Positions 39,011 to 48,419 of a stretch of 64,000 nucleotides of DNA are shown piece after piece. The stretch covers positions 2,240,001-2,304,000 of the forward strand of contig CBDCJO010000002.1 in NCBI GenBank assembly GCA_965217865.1, read 5' to 3'. The notes below the pieces were generated by a model. The model was not told the DNA's origin. It was given only the letters and a program-made list of their open reading frames with translations, and made no database searches. The first letter of the stretch is position 1, and each line of letters starts with the position of its first letter. This DNA is from Candidatus Latescibacterota bacterium (GTDB lineage: Bacteria; Latescibacterota; UBA2968; SICM01). The position numbers and the translations under genes were made by a program.

Positions 39011-40536
39011 CAGCCTGTTGAAAAAGTGCGTTTATGCCAAGATGACTGTTGTCTTTCCTTGTGGTTTGGTCCTATGATATATCAGGTTCAAACTGAGAAG
39101 GGAGGACGAGCAAATGGCAATGGGAAAACGAGGACGACAGAGACAGGAAAACCTGTTCATCGCATCGAACACTTTGGTGAAATCTCCGGGTCATCCGTTC
39201 TACGAGAAGCTGAATCAGGTATTGGGGGCGAACGGCTTCGACGAGTTCGTCGAGGGGCTTTGCCAGCGGTATTACGCTCCTCATATGGGTCGCAAGGGCA
39301 TTCCGCCCGGGGTTTATTTTCGGATGCTTTTGATTGGGTATTTCGAGGGACTTGATTCGGAACGTGGGATCGAATGGCGTGTATCTGACTCGCTGACGTT
39401 GCGCCGGTTTTTGGGGTATGCCCTTGACGAACAGACCCCGGATCATTCCAGCCTGTCTCGCATCCGGCATCGGCTTCCCTTGGAAGTTCACGAAGCGGTT
39501 TTCAAGTGGATCCTGAGGGTCTTGTGCAAAGCGGGTCTGGTGAAGGGGAAGACGTTGGGCGTGGATGCTACGACACTGGAGGCCAACGCCGCGATGCGCA
39601 GCATTGTACGCCGTGACACGGGTGAAGGCTACCAGGCATTCCTTGAGAATCTGGCCAAGGCCTCGGGCATTGAAACGCCTACCCGCGAGGACTTGTCCAA
39701 GATCGATAAGAAGCGACCGAAGAAGGGATCGAACCAGGACTGGGAGCACCCGCACGACCCGGATGCCAAGATCGCTAAGATGAAGGACGGTCGCACGCAC
39801 ATGGCGCACAAGGTGGAGCACGCGGTGGATCTGGACACCAATGCCATTGTGGCAGTGGCGTTGTCGGGAGCAGATGAAGGAGATACCGAGTCGTTGCCCT
39901 GGACGCTGCTCGAGGCGCAGCTCAATCTCAAGCAGGTCGCGAAGGACGAAAAAGCTGCCAAACGTTTGCACAGACAGCGTATACGGGAGGTGGTTGCGGA
40001 CAAAGGATATCATAGCAACGATGTATTGACCAGTCTGAAGCAAGGCGGCATCCGGAGTTACATTTCAGAACCGGATCGGGGACGCCGCAAGTGGAACGGC
40101 CGACGAGATGAGCAGGCCGCGGTATATGCGAATCGACGCCGGATCAAGGGAGATCGCGGCAAGGCCTTGCGCCGAAGTCGTGCAGAACGGGTGGAAAGAA
40201 CCATCGCTCACACATATGATACCGGTGGCATGCGCAGGTTGCACTTGAGAGACCGCGGCAATATCCTCAAGCGTTTGCTGATCCACATCGGGGGCTGCAA
40301 CCTGGCTCTGCTCATGCGCAAAGTGATGGGCGTAGGTACTCCGAAGGCCCTCCAGGACCTGGCCAAGGCCTTGCAGCGTCTACTGCTCGTCCTACAATCA
40401 CGTTTGCTGCCCTCGGTCACCTTTTTAACCTCTTATCAGCGTCTCCTGCTCAATCTCCTTACCTTGATTTATCCGACCCGCACTCCAGGCGTCTTTTCCG
40501 TTTATGTGCGTTGAAAGGTAGTTCTTCAACGGGCTG
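39011..40536 (+). mobile_element. IS1182-family insertion sequence, apparently intact
   Basis: IRL CAGCCTGTTGAAAAA 39011-39025; IRR TTCTTCAACGGGCTG 40522-40536; CTAG duplicated at 39007-39010 and 40537-40540. Confidence 0.9.
39114..40514 (+). CDS. IS1182-family DDE transposase
   Basis: GR.GIPP....RMLL.GY..GL.SER, PDHS.LSR.R, GVDAT...ANA, DPDA, ADKGY, VE. Confidence 0.92.
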   Translation: MAMGKRGRQRQENLFIASNTLVKSPGHPFYEKLNQVLGANGFDEFVEGLCQRYYAPHMGRKGIPPGVYFRMLLIGYFEGLDSERGIEWRVSDSLTLRRFLGYALDEQTPDHSSLSRIRHRLPLEVHEAVFKWILRVLCKAGLVKGKTLGVDATTLEANAAMRSIVRRDTGEGYQAFLENLAKASGIETPTREDLSKIDKKRPKKGSNQDWEHPHDPDAKIAKMKDGRTHMAHKVEHAVDLDTNAIVAVALSGADEGDTESLPWTLLEAQLNLKQVAKDEKAAKRLHRQRIREVVADKGYHSNDVLTSLKQGGIRSYISEPDRGRRKWNGRRDEQAAVYANRRRIKGDRGKALRRSRAERVERTIAHTYDTGGMRRLHLRDRGNILKRLLIHIGGCNLALLMRKVMGVGTPKALQDLAKALQRLLLVLQSRLLPSVTFLTSYQRLLLNLLTLIYPTRTPGVFSVYVR

Positions 40537-40621
40537 CTAGGCTGCTGGCCCTCCCGGAACCAGGTAAAATTGCAAAATGAAACGTCGAATTGGTTCATAG
40601 AAAATCTACAAACGAAAGTCA

Positions 40622-42016
40622 TTGGCAATGGACGATAGATCTCCGGAAGATATTGGTACAGACCGCCAGCTTTTTGTGGATAACTTCTGGATTGCTGAGG
40701 CGAGAGACGTAACGAGAACTCTGCACCATCCTGAACGCAAAGAGGTCGCGATCGCCGGAGAGCATCCCTGGGAACAGAGGGCCATCGGCTGCGCGGGCTT
40801 CATGCACGATGGCGACCGGTTCCGGGCCTGGTACCGCTGCGCGGTGGATGAGGCCAGCACTTACTGTACGGCGTACGCAGAGAGCATTGACGGCATCCAC
40901 TGGGAGAAACCGAAACTGGGTCTCTTCGAATTCGGCGGCTCGAAGGAAAACAACCTCGTGTGGATGGGGCCGGGCACCAATCTCGCGCCATTCCGTGACC
41001 CCAACCCCGATGTTCCCGACGACGAACGCTACAAGGGGGTGGCGCGGACCGAGGGCTCGATGGGGAGCGAAACCCTGCTGGCCCTGGCCTCCCCCGACGG
41101 CATTCGCTGGCGGTTGAATCAGGAAGCCCCGATTCTCACGGAAGGCCCCTACGACTCACCCAACGTCTCCTTCTGGGACGACCGGCGGCGCGAATACGTG
41201 GCCTACGTCCGTGGCATTATTGGCTGTGGAACCCCCGGCAAGCGGAAGAAGGACATTAGTATCTGGAAAGAGGGCGTTCGCTGGATCCGGCGTTCGACTT
41301 CCAGGGATTTCCGTCAATGGACAAAGCCGGAGTTGATCCAGGTGGCAGAGACGTCCACCATAGATCACTATTCTAACGCCTCTATTCTCTACGATCGCGC
41401 ACCCGGCATGTACCTGATTTTTTCATCACGCTTCAACGTTGAACGCCAACCCGATCCGGAACATCCAGACTCCGGGGTCAGCGACATCGTCTTCATGTCC
41501 AGCCGCGACGGGCTGCACTTCGACAGCAGCTTCAGGGAGGCATTCATCCGCCCCGGTCTCGACAAGAACAACTGGCACGACCGCGGTGTCTATATCGAGC
41601 GCGGCATCCTGCACACAACACCAGGCGAGATCTCATTATACGGCATGGAAAACTCTCATTTGGCGACCGTACGCATCCGGCGCTATGCCCTGCGCACCGA
41701 CGGCTTTGTGTCCGTTCGCGCCGGATACGAAGGCGGTGGGTTCATAACCCGGCCGCTCATCTTCTCCGGAAAATCCATGGAACTCAACTACTCCACTTCG
41801 GCGGTTGGCAGTGTGCATGTTGAAATCCAGGACATTAACGGCAATCCGCAAACCGGCTTTACCCTGGACGATTGCCCAGAGATGTTCGCCGACAAAATTG
41901 AAGGCGCGGTTGCCTGGAAAGGAGGAAGCGACGTGAGCGCGCTGGCGGGAAAACCCGTCCGCCTTCATTTCACCCTGAACGACGCGGATATTTACGCCTT
42001 CAAGTTTAACAGTTGA
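40622..42016 (+). CDS. Uncharacterised beta-propeller glycoside-hydrolase-like protein (paralog 3)
   Basis: DRQLFVD, PWE, SIDGIHWEKP.LG, LRTDGFVS, LNYSTSAVG, IYAFKF. Confidence 0.75.
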   Translation: MAMDDRSPEDIGTDRQLFVDNFWIAEARDVTRTLHHPERKEVAIAGEHPWEQRAIGCAGFMHDGDRFRAWYRCAVDEASTYCTAYAESIDGIHWEKPKLGLFEFGGSKENNLVWMGPGTNLAPFRDPNPDVPDDERYKGVARTEGSMGSETLLALASPDGIRWRLNQEAPILTEGPYDSPNVSFWDDRRREYVAYVRGIIGCGTPGKRKKDISIWKEGVRWIRRSTSRDFRQWTKPELIQVAETSTIDHYSNASILYDRAPGMYLIFSSRFNVERQPDPEHPDSGVSDIVFMSSRDGLHFDSSFREAFIRPGLDKNNWHDRGVYIERGILHTTPGEISLYGMENSHLATVRIRRYALRTDGFVSVRAGYEGGGFITRPLIFSGKSMELNYSTSAVGSVHVEIQDINGNPQTGFTLDDCPEMFADKIEGAVAWKGGSDVSALAGKPVRLHFTLNDADIYAFKFNS

Positions 42017-42266
42017 GTCAGGGGTCGGAGGTCAGGGGTCAGGGAAAGCAGGGTAAGAGGTCGGGGGAAAGCAGGATCAGGGGCCAGTGGAATTGAAGAT
42101 TGAAAGCGCAACTGAGCCAGTAGCAGTGGCAGTGGCAGGGAAAGCAAAGGAAGTGAGGGCCAGAAGTCGGGAAAGGCAAGAGAAAAGCATGGTCAGGGGC
42201 TGGAGACCAGAGGTCGGGGGAAGGCAAAAACAGTAGCAGTGGCGAGGTGGCAGGAAAAAGCAAGCC
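42017..42266. repeat. Mosaic purine-rich heptamer array
   Basis: GTCAGGG/GTCGGAG units, GGGAAAGC linkers and CAGTRGCAGTGGC blocks directly after the stop codon. Confidence 0.75.
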
Positions 42267-42299
42267 ACCCCATATAGGGGAGGTCGTTGTCATTCTCTA

Positions 42300-42575
42300 T
42301 CAGGTGGTTTTCGGCTTCCCTTCGCATGCAAACCGATTGTAGACCCAGGCAAAAATCAGACCGCCGATGGCGCCGTCGATCAGGCCGTAGAGCGTTCCCA
42401 CGATCACACTTCTACCACCGGTTCCGGCGTGGTATCCGGGATAGATCGAGTCCACGATTTGAAGAAAACCTAGGGCATAAGACGGCCAGATAACATTCGC
42501 GATCCCCAAGAGGAGGATCGACCCCCCCCAGATGATCCCGGCCGTTATGGCGAGGGACTTGATTGAGAGTTTCAT
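42300..42575 (-). CDS. Small two-TM membrane protein (family often labelled bacteriophage holin)
   Basis: S.YPGY and G..YGL.DG..GG..FAW.YN pattern. Confidence 0.75.
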   Translation of the reverse strand: MKLSIKSLAITAGIIWGGSILLLGIANVIWPSYALGFLQIVDSIYPGYHAGTGGRSVIVGTLYGLIDGAIGGLIFAWVYNRFACEGKPKTT

Positions 42576-42818
42576 CTTTCGGCCTCCTGTTAAAGGTCAT
42601 ACCACGGGGCCAACTGCCAATGCTTGTGTCAGATGATAATACGATCAAAAAAGTTTGAAGCAAACAAAAAGATTGAAGCATGAAGGGCCAAGGTGGCGAT
42701 TGGTTTCTCAGCATCCTGGATCATGGTCTATTTTTTCGATGATCGGATATAAGATTTAAAAATAGGGTTTTAGAAAGTGATAAGTTAATTTATAATTAGT
42801 ATATTATAAATTATATCC

Positions 42819-42842
42819 AATTTTCCACGCGTGTGGAAAATT
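42819..42842. promoter_or_regulatory. 24-bp near-perfect palindrome, candidate protein-binding site
   Basis: AATTTTCCACGCGTGTGGAAAATT in an AT-rich divergent intergenic region. Confidence 0.55.
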
Positions 42843-43016
42843 CAACTTGAACTCTCATTGGGTACACAATCTCTTTGGTTATTGATAAAGTGCGCGGTAA
42901 GACGATTCAAATTTTCTCCGCTTTACCATCATTTTTCATTACCTTATAGGGCTCAAAAAAGAAAGTTCCCTTGGCGTTTAGCCAAAATCGAGAATAGCAA
43001 TTGAGAAGAGGGAAAA

Positions 43017-43448
43017 ATGAGACGAAAGACAAAAGTTGTGCTCTGCCTGAGCGTGATCGTGGCGTGTCTGGTCTATCTGGTCGTCTCGGGTTTCCAGGGT
43101 GCTTCGGTCTTCTTCTTCACCGTGAGTGAACTCCAGGCCAAAGAGGCGACGATTGGGGGGCAGCGGGTGAAGGTGGCCGGAAAGGTCGTAGACGGGTCGA
43201 TCGAACAGGACAAAGGCACGATGAAGGTCAGCTTCCAGGCTGAAGAGGGCGGACATATCCTTCCGGTTACTTACAAAGGAATCGTTCCGGATACTTTTAA
43301 GGATGGGGCAGAAGTCGTCGTGGAGGGGAAGAGTGGTGCGGACGGTGTGTTCCATGCGGATGTCTTGCTGGCCAAGTGCCCATCGAAATACGAGGGACTT
43401 GACCTGGAAGAGATGAAGAAGATGCGGGATTCGAATACGGATCTATAA
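43017..43448 (+). CDS. ccmE: Cytochrome c maturation heme chaperone CcmE (CxxxY variant)
   Basis: N-terminal TM helix, V.YKG..PD.FK.G..VVVEG, LLAKCPSKY. Confidence 0.92.
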   Translation: MRRKTKVVLCLSVIVACLVYLVVSGFQGASVFFFTVSELQAKEATIGGQRVKVAGKVVDGSIEQDKGTMKVSFQAEEGGHILPVTYKGIVPDTFKDGAEVVVEGKSGADGVFHADVLLAKCPSKYEGLDLEEMKKMRDSNTDL

Positions 43449-43492
43449 GGCCTGTCCTTTTTAGGAAGGATAGCGTGCTTAGGAGGTAGGAA

Positions 43493-44806
43493 ATGGGCAA
43501 AGATTCGTTGACCATTACAGATAATCGGACCGGTAAGTCATACGAAGCACCGATTTTTTATGGGACTTATCCTCACTACGGTGCGGCGATCAATGCGTCT
43601 ATTTTCAGGCAGATCAAAGACTCGGACGAAGATTTCGGCCTCCTGAGTTATGACCCCGGTTACCGGAACACGGCCTCGTGCAAAAGCGATGTTACCTTCA
43701 TCGACGGAGAGAAGGGGATCCTCCGGTATCGCGGATACCCGATTGATCAACTTGCAGAGAAGAGCGAATACCTTGAAGTGGCCTATCTTCTTCTATCCGG
43801 AAGGCTTCCAAACGCTGAAGAATACAATTTATGGACCGTGAAAATCAAATCTCATTCCATGCTCCACGAAAGCATTAAGAACCTCCTGGAAGGGTTCAGG
43901 TTCGGCTCCCATACCATGGGTATGCTTGTGGGGGTTCTGGGAGCCAAGTCCACCTTCTATCCCGATGCGCGGGATATTTCTGATCCGGAGGTCATGGATC
44001 TTCACATCTCCCGTCTGGTCAGCAAGATTGCCATTGTCGCGGCCTATGGCTACCGGCACAGCCGGGGGTTCCCCTATATCTATCCCGATCAGGACATGAG
44101 CTATTGTGGAAATGTCCTGAATATGCTCTTCGCCCAGCCCGGAGAGAAATATACCCCCGATCCTATACTCGAGCGGGCATTGAATGTCCTTTTTATCCTG
44201 CACGCCGACCACGAGCAGAACTGCAGTGCAAGCGTCATGCGCAACATCGGGAGTTCGCTCGCGGATCCTTATTCGTCCCTTGCCGGGGCCGCGGCTGCCC
44301 TTTACGGCTCGAGACACGGCGGGGCAAACGAAGCTGTGCTCAGGATGCTGACGGAGATCGGATCGATAAAGAATGTGCCGGCGTATATCGAGCGAGCCAA
44401 GAAAAAGGAGGTTCTCGTACAGGGCTTCGGCCACGCCGTTTATAGGAATTACGATCCAAGGGCTGCGGTCATTAAAAAGACGGCGTACGAGGTGTTCGAG
44501 GTAACCGGAAAAAACCCGCTGATCGACATCGCCCTGGAGTTGGAGCGGATCGCCCTGGAGGACGAGTATTTTGTCTCCCGGAAGCTGTATCCAAATGTCG
44601 ATTTCTACTCCGGTATCATTTACCAGGCGATGGGGCTACCGTTCGATATGTATCCGGTGTTGTTTGCGATTCCCCGGACGTCCGGATGGCTGGCGCAATG
44701 GAAGGAGATGATGTTGGATAAAGAGGCGGGAGGGATCGCCCGTCCCAGGCAGATCTACACGGGGGAGGACAAGAAGGATTTCGTGCCGATCGAAAAGCGG
44801 GGGTAG
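43493..44806 (+). CDS. gltA: Citrate synthase
   Basis: YDPGY.NTASC, LRYRGY, LHADHEQN.S, HGGANE, GFGH.VY, LYPNVDFYSG, RPRQIY. Confidence 0.97.
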   Translation: MGKDSLTITDNRTGKSYEAPIFYGTYPHYGAAINASIFRQIKDSDEDFGLLSYDPGYRNTASCKSDVTFIDGEKGILRYRGYPIDQLAEKSEYLEVAYLLLSGRLPNAEEYNLWTVKIKSHSMLHESIKNLLEGFRFGSHTMGMLVGVLGAKSTFYPDARDISDPEVMDLHISRLVSKIAIVAAYGYRHSRGFPYIYPDQDMSYCGNVLNMLFAQPGEKYTPDPILERALNVLFILHADHEQNCSASVMRNIGSSLADPYSSLAGAAAALYGSRHGGANEAVLRMLTEIGSIKNVPAYIERAKKKEVLVQGFGHAVYRNYDPRAAVIKKTAYEVFEVTGKNPLIDIALELERIALEDEYFVSRKLYPNVDFYSGIIYQAMGLPFDMYPVLFAIPRTSGWLAQWKEMMLDKEAGGIARPRQIYTGEDKKDFVPIEKRG

Positions 44807-44837
44807 GGAGTGGGACCCTTCCGCCCATCCCCACCGG

Positions 44838-44945
44838 AATACAGAATACAGAAGAAGAAATAAAAACGGAAATCGGGGGCCGGAGGTGGGAAGTCAGGGC
44901 CAGGGAAGTCAAAACCGATAGATAGGGATCAGCTGTGGAGAAGGG
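44838..44945. repeat. Mosaic purine-rich heptamer array
   Basis: AATACAG x2 and GTCAGGG/GCCGGAG-like units after gltA. Confidence 0.6.
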
Positions 44946-44978
44946 ACCGTGATTTGAAGTCTTGGTGAGTGAGATATA

Positions 44979-45022
44979 GGCCGGCGGAGGTCTCGGAAGG
45001 GGAGATTTCGCCGGTCTTTTTT
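44979..45022 (+). terminator. Intrinsic terminator after gltA
   Basis: GGCCGGCGGAGGTCTC / GAGATTTCGCCGGTC stem followed by T6. Confidence 0.7.
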
Positions 45023-45073
45023 GTGTCGAACCCCAGGGTCAACCTGGCGAAGCAGTGCCTCTTCGCAAATTGT

Positions 45074-48000
45074 CTAATCAACACTCCTCCGACGAAGCTC
45101 CCACTCCTTCCAGATCGCGTAGATTGCCGGGATGACGACCAGGGTCAGGATCGTGGAGGAGACCATCCCGCCCACCATCGGTGCGGCGATCCGCTTCATC
45201 ACCTGAGACCCGGCCCCGTGGCCCCACATAATGGGAAGCAGGCCGGCCATAATCGCCGTTACCGTCATCATCTTGGGCCGCACCCTTTCAACCGCACCGA
45301 TCATAATCAACTCGTAGATGTCTTTTATCCCCATCCCCCTGCCCTTCTCCCGGCGCATCGCTTCGTAGGCGTGGTCCAGGTAAATCAGCATGACCACCCC
45401 GGTCTCCGCGGCGACTCCTCCGAGGGCGATAAAGCCCACCCCCACAGCGATGCTCATATTATAATCCAGGAGGTACATTAGCCAGATGCCGCCGACCAGG
45501 GAAAACGGGAGGGAGAGCATCACAATCAGGCTTTCTGTCACATTCCGGAAGTTCAAAAAGAGAAGCAGGAAGATAATCCCGAGCGTCACAGGCACGACCA
45601 CCCTCAGCCGTTTTTCCGCCCGCTGCATGTATTCGTATTGCCCGCTCCAGATCACGGTATAGCCCGGGGGCATTTCCACGTTCTCGAGGACGGCCTGCTG
45701 CGCGCGTGTCACGTAAGTCCCCACGTCGATCCCCTTGATATCGACGTAGATCCAGGCGTTCAGGCGGGCGTTCTCGCTCTTGATACCGGGAGGGCCTTTC
45801 CGGATGCGAATGTCCGCCAACTGCCCCATGGGCACCTGAGCGCCGGTCGGCGTGGGTACAAGCACCCGCCTCAGGGACGGCAGGTTGTCGCGAAGCTCCC
45901 GGCCGTAGCGCAGGTTGACCGGATAACGCTCCAGACCCTCCACGGTGTAGGTGATGTTCATTCCCCCGACGGCCGACATGATAACGTCCTGTACGTCCCC
46001 CACGACCAGCCCGTATCGCGCGGCAGCCTCCCTATCGATCTCGAAATCCAGATAGTTCCCCCCGGCCACCCGTTCGGCATAGACGCTGAGCGTCCCGGGC
46101 AGCCGACGGACGACCTTCTCGATCTTTTGGCCCAGCCGCTGGAGGATATCCAGATCATCCCCCACGACCTTGATGCCGACCGGTGTCTTGATGCCGGTGG
46201 AAAGCATATCGATCCGGGTCTTGATCGGCATCGTCCAGGTGTTCGTCAGGCCGGGAAACTGAAGGGCTGCGTTGAGCTCATCGACAAGCTTCTCGGGTGT
46301 CATCCCGGGCCGCCACTGGTCCTCCGGCTTGAGCATGATCGTGGTCTCGATCATAGACAAGGGGGCGGGATCGGTGGCGGTCTCCGCTCTGCCGATCTTC
46401 CCGAACACTTGGTGCACCTCCGGGAAGGTCCTGATGATTTTGTCGGTCTGCTGGAGGAGCTCTCGCGCCTTGGTGACCGAGACCCCCGGGAGCGTGGTCG
46501 GCATGTAGAGGAGGTCCCCCTCGTATAGGGGAGGCATAAACTCCGACCCGATCTTCTCAAGGGGAAATAGCCGTCCCAGCTTTACGAGCGCCCGGTAGGT
46601 GACGCTCCGGGGGTCGTCGGACAAAGGGGCCAGGACCACTCTTTCAAAAGGGAAAACGGTCATGAGAAGAATAAAGCCGGCAATAGCGATCGTAGATCCT
46701 TTGTGGCCGAGCACCCAGTCGATGACAGGACGGTAGATCCATATCAGGAAGCGGTTGACGGGGTTCTTCCTCTCGGGCAAAATCCGCCCTCGGATGAAGT
46801 AGCCCATCAGTACGGGGACGACGGTGATGGCCAACAGGGCGGAAGCGGCCATCGCGAATGTCTTGGTAAAGGCCAGGGGCTTGAACAGCCGGCCCTCCTG
46901 GGCCTGCAGTGAGAAGACGGGCAGGAACGAAAGGGTGATGATCAGAAGGGAGTAGAACAAGGCAGGCCCGACCTCTTTGGAAGCGTCTCGGATGATTTCC
47001 CAGTGATCTTTCTTTCCGCCGTCGCGCTCGATGTGCTTGTGCGCATTTTCGATCATCACGATTGCGGCATCCACCATCGCCCCGATCGCGATGGCGATCC
47101 CCCCCAGGGACATGATGTTCGCGTTGATCCCCTGATTCAACATCACGATGAAGGAGATGAGGATGGCCATCGGAAGGGTGAAGATGGCCACGAAGGCGCT
47201 TCTGAAGTGAAGCAGGAAGAGGAGGCAGACCAGCGCGACCACGGCGCTCTCTTCGATCAGCTTCCACTTCAGGTTGTCGATCGCCCGCCTGATCAGGTTG
47301 GATCGGTCGTATGCCGTCCTGATCGCCACCCCTTCTGGCAGCCCGGGCTTCAAACTCTCCAGTTTTTTCTTCACCCGATCGATCACGGCAAGGGCGTTTT
47401 CCCCGTAGCGCATCACCACGATGCCCCCAACGATTTCCCCTTCGCCGTTCCATTCGGCCAAACCCCTCCGCAACTCGGGCCCTGTCTGAACGGTTGCGAT
47501 ATCTCGGACTCGAATCGGCGTCCCATTTTTGTCCACACCCAACGGGACGCTTCGGATGTCGTCGAGGGATCGGATGTAACCCAGACCTCTCACCATAAAC
47601 TCGGTCTCTCCCATCTCGATCAGACGTCCGCCGACGTCGTTGTTGCTGCGCCGGATAGCCGTCCGGATCTTCTGCAAGGGGATGTTGAATGCCACGAGTT
47701 TATTCGGGTCTACGGTTACCTGGTACTGTTTTACGAATCCTCCGATGCTGGCCACCTCGGAGACACCCGGGACGCTGGTGAGCTCATAGCGCAGGTACCA
47801 ATCCTGGATCGAACGCAACTCGGCCAGGTCGTGCCTCCCGGTCGTATCCTCCAGGACATACTCGTAGACCCAGCCCACGCCCGTCGCATCAGGCCCGAGG
47901 GTCGGGTTTACCCCCTGGGGTAGCCTGCCGGACACGAAGTTGAGGTATTCCAGGACGCGGCTGCGGGCCCAGTACATATCCGTACCGTCCTCGAAGATCA

Positions 48001-48283
48001 CGTAAACGAAAGACAGCCCGAAGAATGAATAACCCCGGACGACTTTGGCAAAAGGCACCGCGAGCATGGCCGTGGTCAGGGGATAGGTGATCTGGTCCTC
48101 CACCACCTGGGGGGCCTGCCCCGGGTACTCCGTGAAGATGATGACCTGCACATCCGAAAGGTCCGGGATCGCGTCCAGGGGAGTATCCCACATCGCATAG
48201 ACTCCCCACCCGATGGTGAACAGGGTCCCGAGTACGATCAGGAACCGGTTTCGCAGACTTGCGTCGATGATTTTGTTCAACAT
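45074..48283 (-). CDS. cusA: CusA/CzcA family heavy-metal RND efflux pump
   Basis: DAIPDLSDVQV, YWARSRVLEYL, GPDATGVGWV, AIGAMVDAA, EFMP...EG, RAETATDPAP. Confidence 0.95.
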   Translation of the reverse strand: MLNKIIDASLRNRFLIVLGTLFTIGWGVYAMWDTPLDAIPDLSDVQVIIFTEYPGQAPQVVEDQITYPLTTAMLAVPFAKVVRGYSFFGLSFVYVIFEDGTDMYWARSRVLEYLNFVSGRLPQGVNPTLGPDATGVGWVYEYVLEDTTGRHDLAELRSIQDWYLRYELTSVPGVSEVASIGGFVKQYQVTVDPNKLVAFNIPLQKIRTAIRRSNNDVGGRLIEMGETEFMVRGLGYIRSLDDIRSVPLGVDKNGTPIRVRDIATVQTGPELRRGLAEWNGEGEIVGGIVVMRYGENALAVIDRVKKKLESLKPGLPEGVAIRTAYDRSNLIRRAIDNLKWKLIEESAVVALVCLLFLLHFRSAFVAIFTLPMAILISFIVMLNQGINANIMSLGGIAIAIGAMVDAAIVMIENAHKHIERDGGKKDHWEIIRDASKEVGPALFYSLLIITLSFLPVFSLQAQEGRLFKPLAFTKTFAMAASALLAITVVPVLMGYFIRGRILPERKNPVNRFLIWIYRPVIDWVLGHKGSTIAIAGFILLMTVFPFERVVLAPLSDDPRSVTYRALVKLGRLFPLEKIGSEFMPPLYEGDLLYMPTTLPGVSVTKARELLQQTDKIIRTFPEVHQVFGKIGRAETATDPAPLSMIETTIMLKPEDQWRPGMTPEKLVDELNAALQFPGLTNTWTMPIKTRIDMLSTGIKTPVGIKVVGDDLDILQRLGQKIEKVVRRLPGTLSVYAERVAGGNYLDFEIDREAAARYGLVVGDVQDVIMSAVGGMNITYTVEGLERYPVNLRYGRELRDNLPSLRRVLVPTPTGAQVPMGQLADIRIRKGPPGIKSENARLNAWIYVDIKGIDVGTYVTRAQQAVLENVEMPPGYTVIWSGQYEYMQRAEKRLRVVVPVTLGIIFLLLFLNFRNVTESLIVMLSLPFSLVGGIWLMYLLDYNMSIAVGVGFIALGGVAAETGVVMLIYLDHAYEAMRREKGRGMGIKDIYELIMIGAVERVRPKMMTVTAIMAGLLPIMWGHGAGSQVMKRIAAPMVGGMVSSTILTLVVIPAIYAIWKEWELRRRSVD

Positions 48284-48298
48284 GGCAAAAAAGCGGGC

Positions 48299-48340
48299 AA
48301 ACGTCAGACGTCAAACGTGAGACGGCAGACGGCAGACGGA
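48299..48340. repeat. Heptamer tandem array between cusB and cusA
   Basis: AAACGTC AGACGTC AAACGTG AGACGGC AGACGGC AGACGG. Confidence 0.7.
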
Positions 48341-48419
48341 AGATCTATTTGTCGGTGCGGAGAACCTCTCCTAAAAACACGTGAAGCGTAAAACAGCCCG
48401 GAATGGTCTTGACGGTCCT

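Noticed and set aside
42300-42575. Holin-like gene as evidence of a prophage
   Set aside because: No other phage genes in the window
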